A stretch of 64,000 nucleotides of DNA. Origin: Alphaproteobacteria bacterium (lineage in GTDB: Bacteria; Pseudomonadota; Alphaproteobacteria; UBA7887). The DNA is taken from positions 896,001-960,000 of the forward strand of contig CBDCGL010000011.1 of the NCBI GenBank assembly GCA_965216755.1. The letters run 5' to 3'. The notes below the pieces were generated by a model. That model had not been told where the DNA came from. It made no database searches and was given only the letters and a program-made list of their open reading frames with translations. Shown here one piece after another: positions 21,424-29,831 of the stretch (position 1 is its first letter; each line of letters starts with the position of its first letter). The translations under genes were made by a program, and so were the position numbers.

Positions 21424-24400
21424 CTACAGATCATGCACGTCAATCACGCCGGGTACAGCTTTGAGCGCCGCACGTGCTGCCGGCGAAACGGCAAAACGAC
21501 CCGACAGGGCGATTTCGGCCTCTTCGTCCAATGGAAGACGCACCACCAGGCGCAACTGTCCGCTGCCACGCCCACCCCGGTCGATGACCGACTTCAGTGC
21601 CGAGATTGCGACCCCGTCGGCAACGAAAACCTTGAGGCCTTTGATAAGGTCGGCCGCCTTTTCATCCAAGCGGGTCACCCGCCGGGCCATAATCCGAACT
21701 TGCTCTTCGTCGCGTTGGACTCCCACCTCAAGGTACAGCGTTTGACCAACATTCAAGAGGTCGCGCGCGCGCTCGAACACGTCGGAAAAAACCGCCACCT
21801 CATACATACCGGAAGCATCGGACATTTGAACGAAGGCGTAGCGACCACGGGCCGAGCGGCGCTCACGCACGCTCAATACAATCCCAGCCATATGCACGCC
21901 GTCGATCATCGTGCCGGCCATCACTTGTGTGTATGACAACACACCCAGCTCTTCCAGGCTCTTTTCGTAAGCGTGTAACGGGTGCGCTGAGAGGTAGAAG
22001 CCGATCGCTTCGAATTCATTAGACAGGCGATCGAACATCGGCCAATCGGCGACTACAGGCAATGGCGGGGTCAGCTGCTCATCAAGAACATCGCCGAATA
22101 GGCTAGATTGGTCGCTGGTACGCTCTTCTATAGTGGCATTGCCATAGCGCAGGAGAATATCCACCGACTCGAACATCTGCGCCCGATTGGGATTAAGCGT
22201 ATCAAAGCCACCGGCCTTTGCCAGATTTTCGAATTGTCGCTTATTCATCAGGCCGCCGCCCGAGCGAGCCGCAAAATCGAAGATGTCCTTAAAAGGCCCT
22301 TTCGTTTTGCGTTCTTCTAGGACCTGCCGCATCGCAGCGCCGCCGACATTCTTAATCGCCGCCAGGCCATAGCGAATCACACGCTTATCCTCGTCGATTC
22401 CCTCGACTTCAAAGTCGACACCCGAGCTGTTGATTTCGGGTGGCATCAGGGCGATCCCCAGCCGATCCAACTCTTGCTTGTAAATGTTCAGTTTGTCGGT
22501 GTTGCCCTGGTCCAGGGTCATGAGAGCGGCCAGAAATTCGACCGGATAATGGGCCTTCATGTAAGCGGTGTGGTAGGCGACCAAACCATAGCCTGCCGAA
22601 TGGGCTTTGTTGAACCCGTATCCCGCAAATTTATCGACAAGATCAAACACATAGCGGGCCCGATCCTTGTCGACACCCCGTGCGACGGCACCGTCGATAA
22701 AGGTGCCACGCTGGGCATCCATCTCAGCCTTTATCTTTTTTCCCATGGCCCGGCGAAGCAAATCGGCCTGGCCAAGTGTATAGCCCGCGAAGACTTGGGC
22801 GATCTGCATCACCTGTTCCTGATAGATGATCACGCCATAGGTGTCTTTGACCACGGGTTCGATGGTCTCGTGCAAGAATTCCGGCTGCTCGCGGCCGTGC
22901 TTGCACGCGATATATTTCGGGATGTTTTCCATCGGCCCGGGCCGATAGAGCGCGACCAACGCAATGATGTCCTCAAAGCTATCGACATGGGCCTCGCGTA
23001 ACAGGCTCCGCATGCCGGTACTTTCAAATTGGAACACGCCCACAGTTTCGCCGCTGGTCATCAAGTCGAACGTGTCTTGATCGTCTAGGGGCACGGTCGA
23101 CAGGTCGATTTCTTGGCCGCGGGACCGCACCAGCCGACACGCATGCTCAAGGACTGTGAGTGTCTTCAAACCAAGAAAATCGAATTTGACCAGTCCGGCT
23201 TGCTCAACATATTTCATGTTGAATTGGGTCACTGGCATGTCCGATCGCGGGTCGCGGTAGAGCGGAACCAGTTCCTGCAGGGGGCGATCGCCAATTACCA
23301 CGCCGGCCGCGTGCGTCGACGCGTGACGGTACAACCCCTCGAGCTTCAAGGCATAGTCGAGTAAACGCGCAACCGTGTCATCCTGCTGGCGTTCTTCTTG
23401 CAGCCGCGGTTCGCCGTCAATTGCCTCGGCTAGGGATACCGGGTTGGCGGGATTATTGGGCACCATCTTGCACAATCGGTCGACCTGACCATATGGCATC
23501 TGTAAGACCCGACCGACGTCGCGCAACACCGCCCGCGCTTGAAGCTTTCCGAACGTAATGATTTGCGCGACGCGATCACGGCCATATTCCTCCTGCACAT
23601 GCCGGATGACCTCGTCACGTCGTTCCTGGCAAAAATCGATATCGAAATCCGGCATCGAGACACGTTCGGGATTCAAGAAGCGCTCGAACAGCAAGCCAAA
23701 TTGGAGCGGGTTCAAATCGGTGATCGATAGCGCCCACGCGACCAAAGATCCGGCACCGGAACCACGCCCTGGGCCGACGGCGATACCTTCGCGCTTCGCA
23801 AACTGAATGAATTCGGCGACGATAAGGAAGTAGCCGGCAAAGCCCATTTGCACGATCACGTCCAGCTCGTAATCAAGCTGCTCGCGATAAGGTCGTGCTG
23901 CGACTTCTCGCGCCGCCCGGTCGAGATCGTCGGTAAAAACGTGGGTCTCCAGTCGCCTTTCCAAACCTTCGACCGCGAGGCGGCGCACGGCACCCTCTTC
24001 GTCGCCGCCGTCCGCGACATTCCCGGCGGTCGGCAACAGCGGTGCACGCGGTTCCACCATAAACGCACAGCGCTGGGCCACGACCAATGTATTGACCAGG
24101 GCCTCCGGTACATCCCCGAATAACGCGCGCATCTCTTCAGCTGACTTTAGATAGTGTTCCGGCGTCAACTGACGGCGATCGGTTTGCGATACGTAGCTGC
24201 CCTCAGCGATACATAAGAGCGCGTCGTGCGCTTCGAACATGTCGCGGTCACGAAAATATGGTTCGTTGGTTGCAATCAGGGGTAGCTCGTGACGGTAGGC
24301 GAGCGCCAACAGCGACGGTTCAATTTCGTTTTCTCTGTCGGTGCCATGACGCTGTAGCTCGACGTAAAGTCGACCCGGGAAGAGTTTTGCTAGCCGCGAC

Positions 24401-24882
24401 AGGATGGCTTCGGCCGCGTCGGCCTGGCCCTTGGCCAAAAAATGGCCAATCGGGCCATAGGGCCCGCCCGTCAGCAAGATCAAACCCGCATTGTGGCGCT
24501 CAAGCGCGTCTTCGCTGACCTGTGGGTCAACGCCTGCGTCACCTTCCAAATACGCCGCACTGATCAAAGCCAACAGGTTGGCGTATCCCTGCTCATTTTG
24601 GGCCAACAGAACGATCGGATCGGCCGCTGGCGGCGCACCATTGCGCCGGTCGTCTTCCGGGCGAAGCAGGGCGACTTGACATCCGACGATGGGTTGAATG
24701 CCGGCTTTGGCGCACGCAAGTGAATATTCAAGTGCGCCAAATAGGTTGTTGGTGTCGGTCACAGCCATCGCGGGCATATTTTGGGCGACACAAAAGTCGA
24801 CCATTTGCGGTATGCGGATCGCACCTTCCGATAAGGAATAGGCGCTGTGGATATGCAAATGCACGAAATCAGCGTGTGTCAT
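21424..24882 (-). CDS. dnaE: DNA polymerase III alpha subunit
   Basis: PHP domain (HLHIHSAYSL), VGPGRGSGAGS, FERFLNPERVSMPDFDIDF, KFDFLGL, YGFNKAHS. 1152 aa with no apparent intein. Confidence 0.98.
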   Translation of the reverse strand: MTHADFVHLHIHSAYSLSEGAIRIPQMVDFCVAQNMPAMAVTDTNNLFGALEYSLACAKAGIQPIVGCQVALLRPEDDRRNGAPPAADPIVLLAQNEQGYANLLALISAAYLEGDAGVDPQVSEDALERHNAGLILLTGGPYGPIGHFLAKGQADAAEAILSRLAKLFPGRLYVELQRHGTDRENEIEPSLLALAYRHELPLIATNEPYFRDRDMFEAHDALLCIAEGSYVSQTDRRQLTPEHYLKSAEEMRALFGDVPEALVNTLVVAQRCAFMVEPRAPLLPTAGNVADGGDEEGAVRRLAVEGLERRLETHVFTDDLDRAAREVAARPYREQLDYELDVIVQMGFAGYFLIVAEFIQFAKREGIAVGPGRGSGAGSLVAWALSITDLNPLQFGLLFERFLNPERVSMPDFDIDFCQERRDEVIRHVQEEYGRDRVAQIITFGKLQARAVLRDVGRVLQMPYGQVDRLCKMVPNNPANPVSLAEAIDGEPRLQEERQQDDTVARLLDYALKLEGLYRHASTHAAGVVIGDRPLQELVPLYRDPRSDMPVTQFNMKYVEQAGLVKFDFLGLKTLTVLEHACRLVRSRGQEIDLSTVPLDDQDTFDLMTSGETVGVFQFESTGMRSLLREAHVDSFEDIIALVALYRPGPMENIPKYIACKHGREQPEFLHETIEPVVKDTYGVIIYQEQVMQIAQVFAGYTLGQADLLRRAMGKKIKAEMDAQRGTFIDGAVARGVDKDRARYVFDLVDKFAGYGFNKAHSAGYGLVAYHTAYMKAHYPVEFLAALMTLDQGNTDKLNIYKQELDRLGIALMPPEINSSGVDFEVEGIDEDKRVIRYGLAAIKNVGGAAMRQVLEERKTKGPFKDIFDFAARSGGGLMNKRQFENLAKAGGFDTLNPNRAQMFESVDILLRYGNATIEERTSDQSSLFGDVLDEQLTPPLPVVADWPMFDRLSNEFEAIGFYLSAHPLHAYEKSLEELGVLSYTQVMAGTMIDGVHMAGIVLSVRERRSARGRYAFVQMSDASGMYEVAVFSDVFERARDLLNVGQTLYLEVGVQRDEEQVRIMARRVTRLDEKAADLIKGLKVFVADGVAISALKSVIDRGGRGSGQLRLVVRLPLDEEAEIALSGRFAVSPAARAALKAVPGVIDVHDL

Positions 24883-25049
24883 CGTTGCTAGAATTCCAGA
24901 TTTCGCGACATTCGTCAGCCTGAACAGGACGGCAACATTTCGTGGCTGCTGTTAAAGACATCCTCAATATACTGTATGTTTCGCGTAATGCTGGACAGCA
25001 TGACGCTGCCGTTTCTAGATAACGCCGCATGCGATCGAGAGGATGAGAC

Positions 25050-25709
25050 GTGACCGACATTCAACACGATTCCGCCGAAACGATAGAGTCCACCGAAGGA
25101 CTCCGAGCGATCTATGATCAACCGACAGAGCGCGCGATCGGTAAGCAGCTCAATTCACTTGATGAGTTTTGTCGTGCCTTCATATCCCTGTCGCCGTTTG
25201 TCTGCGTGGCAACTGCTGATGCGAACGGCCAAGTCGATGTGAGCCCGCGCGGCGATGCGCCGGGATTCGTGCACGTCATCGATTCGAAAACTGTCGTCAT
25301 CCCTGATCGACGTGGCAACAATCGGCTTGACACATTTCGCAACGTCCTGGAAAACCCGTCGGCAGGCTTGATCTTCTTCATACCGGGATTCGCCGAGACG
25401 TTGCGGGTCAACGGTGCCGCCGCCGTGGTCAGAGATCCGGACCTCTGCTCGGCTGCCGCGATCAATGGCCAAACACCGAAAGCCCTCCTGAAGGTGGCGG
25501 CGCGCGAAGTGTTTTTTCACTGCGGCAAGGCATTGATCAGATCTCGGCTGTGGGATGCCGAGGCGCAAGTGCCACGGGATCGGCTTCCCGGCCTGGGCCG
25601 CATGATCGCGGAGCAAATCGCCGCCAAGACCGGCGACAATGTGGATGAAGCCGCCGCGGCGGCGGCAGACGCGTGGGTTGCGGAAGCCTATCGCACGAAG
25701 CTCTATTGA
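25050..25709 (+). CDS. Pyridoxamine 5'-phosphate oxidase-like FMN-binding protein
   Basis: DVSPRGD, IPDRRGNNRLD, ETLRVNG, FHCGKALIRSRLW. GAGGA SD before the GTG start. Confidence 0.9.
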   Translation: MTDIQHDSAETIESTEGLRAIYDQPTERAIGKQLNSLDEFCRAFISLSPFVCVATADANGQVDVSPRGDAPGFVHVIDSKTVVIPDRRGNNRLDTFRNVLENPSAGLIFFIPGFAETLRVNGAAAVVRDPDLCSAAAINGQTPKALLKVAAREVFFHCGKALIRSRLWDAEAQVPRDRLPGLGRMIAEQIAAKTGDNVDEAAAAAADAWVAEAYRTKLY

Positions 25710-26083
25710 GGCTTCCCAGCCGCGAACGCGGTTTCCCAGTTGCGGCCATCGAAGAGATCAACGTCATAGTACGCGGACTCCAAGTCGAAATCGTCGAGGC
25801 AACACACATTGATCAAGAACATTTCGGGCGCCGAACGTGGGTGGCCGAAAGGATGGATGCCGCAGTGCCGGCAGAAATAGTGCTTTGAGACTCCTGTGTT
25901 GAACTGATAGAGCCTCAGTTCGTCCCGCCCTTCCTTCAGGCGAAAACGCTGCGTCGCAACACGCGTGAAGATCCCGCCTTTTTTCGTGCATATTGAGCAG
26001 TTGCAGCGAACCAGCCTGGTCAGATCCGCATCAACTTCGAACTTCACCGCGCCGCAATGGCAGCTGCCGTGATAAGTCTGCAT
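25703..26083 (-). CDS. GFA family (CENP-V/GFA) zinc-binding protein
   Basis: MQTYHGSCHCG, CNCSIC, HYFCRHCGIHPF, INVCCL, FDGRNWE. AAGGAGG SD. Confidence 0.92.
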   Translation of the reverse strand: MQTYHGSCHCGAVKFEVDADLTRLVRCNCSICTKKGGIFTRVATQRFRLKEGRDELRLYQFNTGVSKHYFCRHCGIHPFGHPRSAPEMFLINVCCLDDFDLESAYYDVDLFDGRNWETAFAAGKPQ

Positions 26084-26116
26084 GAGTTCTTCCTCCTTCC
26101 ACCTGGACACTCCACG

Positions 26117-27238
26117 ATGACACAGTCGCCATCCGATTCTGACCGCCGCGCGTTCTATTTGGACTGGTTGCGGATCGGGGCCATGGCCGCCGTCTTCTTT
26201 TTTCACTGTGGCCGCGCGTTCGACACCCATGGCTGGCACATCAAGAACGACGTGACGACCCAAGGCTTTACGGTTTTCTCGCTGGTACTTGTTCAGTGGA
26301 TGATGCCGATTTTATTCCTCATCTCTGGTTGGGTTAGCTATTTGGTACTGCAAAAATCGGACATGGGCGCCTTCGTCAGGTCACGCGTCAAACGGCTATT
26401 GGTGCCGTTTATTGTCGGCACGTTGATATTGATTCCGCACCAAGTCTACGTTGAGCGGGTGACACAGGCCGGCGTGACCGAGAGATTCTTGACTTGGTTC
26501 CCCCAGTATTTTGACGGGTTCTACGCATTCGGCGGCAACTTCGCATGGATGGGGCTGCATCTGTGGTACCTGGAAATGCTGTTCATTTTCTCATTGCTAT
26601 TCTTGCCACTGCTTCTGTGGCTTCGCCACCCCGCCGAGGCCTGCCGATGGCCGGTATCATTCATTTGGCTTTCCTGCGCCTTGCCGCTTCTCGCGGTTGA
26701 ACTGCTGGTCGCGCTGTTCCCAGAAAGCATTGGCCGGCAGGATTTTGGTGGTTGGAGCCTGTTGACTTATATGGTTTGGTTTTGGCTCGGCTATTTGATT
26801 GGCCGAAACGTCCAGTTCCAACACGCCCTGATTGCCGCACGTCACGTTTCGCTCGCGATCGCCGCGACAAGCTTGGCAGCCGGATTCATGATTGTCTTAT
26901 CTGACGACATTGACTTTGGATATGTCGGCAACCTGAGTGTGCGCATCGGAGTCGCGTGGGGCGGAATCGCTGCGTTCCTCGGCTATGCGGCGCATCATCT
27001 CAATTTCGACGCGGTGCCAAGACGCGCGCTTAACGAAGCCATTCTGCCATTTTATATTTTGCACCAATCGGTGATCGTCCTGATCGCATTCTATGTCGTG
27101 CCACTGCCGCTGTCGCCATCAGTTAAATTTGGTTTGATCGCGGGACTATCTCTAGCGATGATATTAGTTGCCTATGTTTTTATTGTGCGGCGGTTCGGGC
27201 CACTTCGCTTTGTCTTTGGCATGCCGTATCGGCAATAG
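26117..27238 (+). CDS. Acyltransferase-3 family membrane protein (OpgC/MdoC-like)
   Basis: YLDWLR, WMMPILFLISG, KRLLVPF, HLWYL, ILPFYILHQ. Confidence 0.9.
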   Translation: MTQSPSDSDRRAFYLDWLRIGAMAAVFFFHCGRAFDTHGWHIKNDVTTQGFTVFSLVLVQWMMPILFLISGWVSYLVLQKSDMGAFVRSRVKRLLVPFIVGTLILIPHQVYVERVTQAGVTERFLTWFPQYFDGFYAFGGNFAWMGLHLWYLEMLFIFSLLFLPLLLWLRHPAEACRWPVSFIWLSCALPLLAVELLVALFPESIGRQDFGGWSLLTYMVWFWLGYLIGRNVQFQHALIAARHVSLAIAATSLAAGFMIVLSDDIDFGYVGNLSVRIGVAWGGIAAFLGYAAHHLNFDAVPRRALNEAILPFYILHQSVIVLIAFYVVPLPLSPSVKFGLIAGLSLAMILVAYVFIVRRFGPLRFVFGMPYRQ

Positions 27239-27278
27239 CCCGTCTTCACGCCCGCGCCTGCCCAAGGCTACTGTTTGG

Positions 27279-27294
27279 TGTGAGTCGGTTCACA
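27279..27294. promoter_or_regulatory. CRP/FNR-family binding site (perfect CRP consensus)
   Basis: TGTGA-GTCGGT-TCACA. Confidence 0.5.
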
Positions 27295-27417
27295 GTTTCA
27301 ATCACAAAATCGCGATAGCGCCCTATCTCTCTTCATGTAAATTCGAGAAACGCCCAAATTTCGGCGGATTTTCGCGCAATCTATTCGACCTTATCGACAA
27401 GCAGCTTCTTTTCGTCG

Positions 27418-27433
27418 CGTGAAGCAGTTCACA
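27418..27433. promoter_or_regulatory. Second CRP-type site
   Basis: CGTGA-AGCAGT-TCACA, about 100 bp upstream of the ATG at 27535. Confidence 0.45.
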
Positions 27434-27534
27434 GCGCGTCGCGGCGCCACGCTCTACTTTTCCCCCAGATCGAGGCCAAGACCAAATCACCCAAGCGCCA
27501 CACACGGACGCCCAAGCAAACCGGAGACACCGTC

Positions 27535-27786
27535 ATGATCAAGACCATCGCCATCGTTGCCGTTACGACCGCTCTATCGACCACCGCTGCGTTCGCGCAG
27601 GGCGGCGGCTATCAATGGAACCAGTCCGGTCCGACGAGCACCGACGCCGCCATGACCCAACCGGCCGAGAAGATCACAGCGACTCATCCCAACGCTTACG
27701 TGAAAACACCAACAGCGGCCGATGTCCACGTGACGGTGCAACCGGCAAAGATCTTCGCCCAAAGCCTAAATAGCTATGCTGGCTAA
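27535..27786 (+). CDS. Small secreted hypothetical protein with an internal tandem repeat
   Basis: GGAG SD. Sec signal MIKTIAIVAVTTALSTTAAFA-Q. Followed by a terminator. Confidence 0.8.
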   Translation: MIKTIAIVAVTTALSTTAAFAQGGGYQWNQSGPTSTDAAMTQPAEKITATHPNAYVKTPTAADVHVTVQPAKIFAQSLNSYAG

Positions 27787-27857
27787 CGACCCCTGAATTC
27801 TCCCTCTCCTCCCCGACTGATGACTCGGCCATCCTGCCCCCTTACAGGATGGCCGCT
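27769..27857 (+). repeat. 89-bp direct repeat, copy 1
   Basis: aatagctatgctggctaacgacccctgaattctccctctcctccccgactgatgactcggccatcctgcccccttacaggatggccgct. 86/89 identical to 29663-29751. Confidence 0.97.
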
Positions 27858-27863
27858 TTCTTT
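27826..27863 (+). terminator. Rho-independent terminator between convergent genes
   Basis: CGGCCATCCTG-CCCCCTTA-CAGGATGGCCG then CTTTCTTT. Confidence 0.8.
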
Positions 27864-27876
27864 GTATGCCCATTTG

Positions 27877-29004
27877 TCACTTGTGCGACGAAGGCTGACT
27901 TCCCGAGACCTTCCACGCTATCTGATAGGGCTCGAAAATTTCTAGATGTTCCTCTAACGTTATCAATCCGACGCATGGCATGGCGCCAACTTCCGGCATA
28001 TCACCCCTTGCAAGCTTCTTTGCTAAGATAATTGCCGGTGCACATGGAATGTAAAGCCCATCGCCACCACGTGCGACTAAGCTGAATTTCACCTGTTTTC
28101 TTCGGCCACGTCGTCCCTCACCCTTCAGCGTCATAGAGAACCCACTGCTCTCGCTCCCAAAGAAATCGAACATCTTTGAAAGCTGGAGTAAATGACCTGC
28201 ATACCGCTCCAAGTTTCCCATCAAACCGATTCTGACGAGCCATGAGAGGAGCCACAAGCCTAGGTGCAAGACAGGAACTTCGAGACTAGCTTGGAACCGA
28301 ACAGTCCTCAGCTCTGGATATTTCATCGGAAAGAGAGCTAGATCGGGAACGTCACAGTTACCCATAAAGCGCCATCCCAATCCGTCAAACCTCCGCCGCC
28401 GGAGATTCTGCCAGCCATAAACATCGATCATTTCGCCTTCAAACAACGTCGGAAATGCTCTACCCACGTAACTCAAAATCGCCGATGTCGTGGCGAAACC
28501 ACGGTTTGTAACTTGCGCCGTTGCGATACCGTAGTCGACCTCATGCAATGTGCGAAACGAGTTGCGATAAGTTTCGATGATGCTACTCGTCAGGCAAGGG
28601 ACAGAGCTTGCACCGCTACATATCAACAACTGACGTCGCTTGGCTGCGGCATCGAGCGCACCAATTCCCACGACGAACGCTCGCGCATCCGCCAGGTCGA
28701 TATAATGACAACCCTGTTCAATGCAGGCTTGGGCAACAAAGTGGTCCTGCTGCTGAAAAGGCCCGGATGTATGGATAACGACGAATGGGTCGACGTCTGC
28801 CAGCACTTCTTTCAGATTCTTGGACATATCCATTGCCACGGCGGACGCGGGATGATGTGCTTGTAGCCTCGTCGCCATTGCCTGGGCCTTCTCTAGTGAT
28901 CGCCCGGCAATCGTCAGTACTATCTGCTGGTCAGATGCGAGGTGGCAGGCAATTCGACATCCAAAATGCCCATAGCCGCCAATAATCAGAACCCTCCGTG
29001 TCAC
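27877..29004 (-). CDS. Saccharopine dehydrogenase-like NAD(P)-binding oxidoreductase
   Basis: GTG start overlapping the upstream stop (GTGA). VLIIGGYGHFG, HTSGPFQ, HYIDLAD, SGASSVP, DVPDL, GGDGLYIP. Confidence 0.88.
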   Translation of the reverse strand: MTRRVLIIGGYGHFGCRIACHLASDQQIVLTIAGRSLEKAQAMATRLQAHHPASAVAMDMSKNLKEVLADVDPFVVIHTSGPFQQQDHFVAQACIEQGCHYIDLADARAFVVGIGALDAAAKRRQLLICSGASSVPCLTSSIIETYRNSFRTLHEVDYGIATAQVTNRGFATTSAILSYVGRAFPTLFEGEMIDVYGWQNLRRRRFDGLGWRFMGNCDVPDLALFPMKYPELRTVRFQASLEVPVLHLGLWLLSWLVRIGLMGNLERYAGHLLQLSKMFDFFGSESSGFSMTLKGEGRRGRRKQVKFSLVARGGDGLYIPCAPAIILAKKLARGDMPEVGAMPCVGLITLEEHLEIFEPYQIAWKVSGSQPSSHK

Positions 29005-29468
29005 GTGGGCCGAATTACCATTAAAAAAAACACGACAAGCAGCGCAATGAATGCAGGCCAACCGAGCGCAAACCAAACGCGAAACAGGCGACCATAAAGC
29101 GTGGGCAATGGTTTATTAAATGCCACACTATCCGCCAACAAGTTTCTCATGCGTATCTGCAGCCAAACGACTGGTAGCCAACAAGCGCCAGCCACAATGA
29201 ACAGACTGTATGATGCCGCAAGCCATGCGTCGAACCAACCGTAACCACCACGCCACACCAACCATACACCGGTGGCAGGCTGAATGATTGCCGCTGGCGC
29301 TGTGAAAAGGTAGTCGGCCAATACAGTCGTTCGGATGGCATAGTACTTTTCTCTCACACTGTCTGTGGCGCCGGAGCGCCACATAAAGAAGGCCGTAGAG
29401 AGTCCGGCACCAAAAAGAATCGTTGCACTAATGATATGAACTGTCTTTATCACGAAATAAATGTCCAT
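29001..29468 (-). CDS. DUF2269 family membrane protein
   Basis: KTVHIISATILFGAG, ADYLFTAPA, QPATG, CWLPVVWLQIRMR, WFALGWPAF, LMVIRP. Confidence 0.88.
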   Translation of the reverse strand: MDIYFVIKTVHIISATILFGAGLSTAFFMWRSGATDSVREKYYAIRTTVLADYLFTAPAAIIQPATGVWLVWRGGYGWFDAWLAASYSLFIVAGACWLPVVWLQIRMRNLLADSVAFNKPLPTLYGRLFRVWFALGWPAFIALLVVFFLMVIRPT

Positions 29469-29662
29469 GGCGGATGAGATCACAAATTACTGTGCCATGT
29501 CCAGATTCCGCACAAATTCGTTGATAGACTGACTATTGCACAATCGACGTTACTCGGACCGGCTCGCATTTCCGGACTAGATCTGGTGGATCCGGTGGAG
29601 AACAGCCCGCACTTGCAAAGTGACATGCTGGAATTCCTTTCTCACGCCATCGAAGGCGCCCG

Positions 29663-29751
29663 AATAGCTATGCCGGTTAACGACCCCTGAATTCTCCCTC
29701 TCCTCCCCGACTGATGACTCGGCCATCCTGCCCCCTTAAAGGATGGCCGCT
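29663..29751 (+). repeat. 89-bp direct repeat, copy 2
   Basis: aatagctatgccggttaacgacccctgaattctccctctcctccccgactgatgactcggccatcctgcccccttaaaggatggccgct. Confidence 0.97.
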
Positions 29752-29831
29752 ATATTTGGCGGCATGTGCTGGTAAACTATTCGCGCACTGCGGCAATGCA
29801 GCACGGCCGACGAGGATAAAGTTCCGCCATT

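Larger units (their letters stand above)
27858..29662. mobile_element. Putative genomic islet bounded by direct repeats (no integrase present)
   Basis: Flanked by the 89-bp repeats. Sampled 60-nt lines gave 37% and 50% GC against 63% in the adjacent DMT gene. Confidence 0.55.

Noticed and set aside
21424-24882. Intein or split in dnaE
   Set aside because: Length and motif order are normal with no insertion.
24922-24936. Possible alphaproteobacterial LexA box GAAC-N7-CAAC upstream of dnaE
   Set aside because: One half-site mismatches GAAC-N7-GAAC, and this is the replicative dnaE, not dnaE2. Likely chance.
27769-29751. Direct repeats read as a CRISPR array or IS ends
   Set aside because: Only two copies, 89 bp long and 1.8 kb apart, in direct orientation, with no cas or transposase genes.
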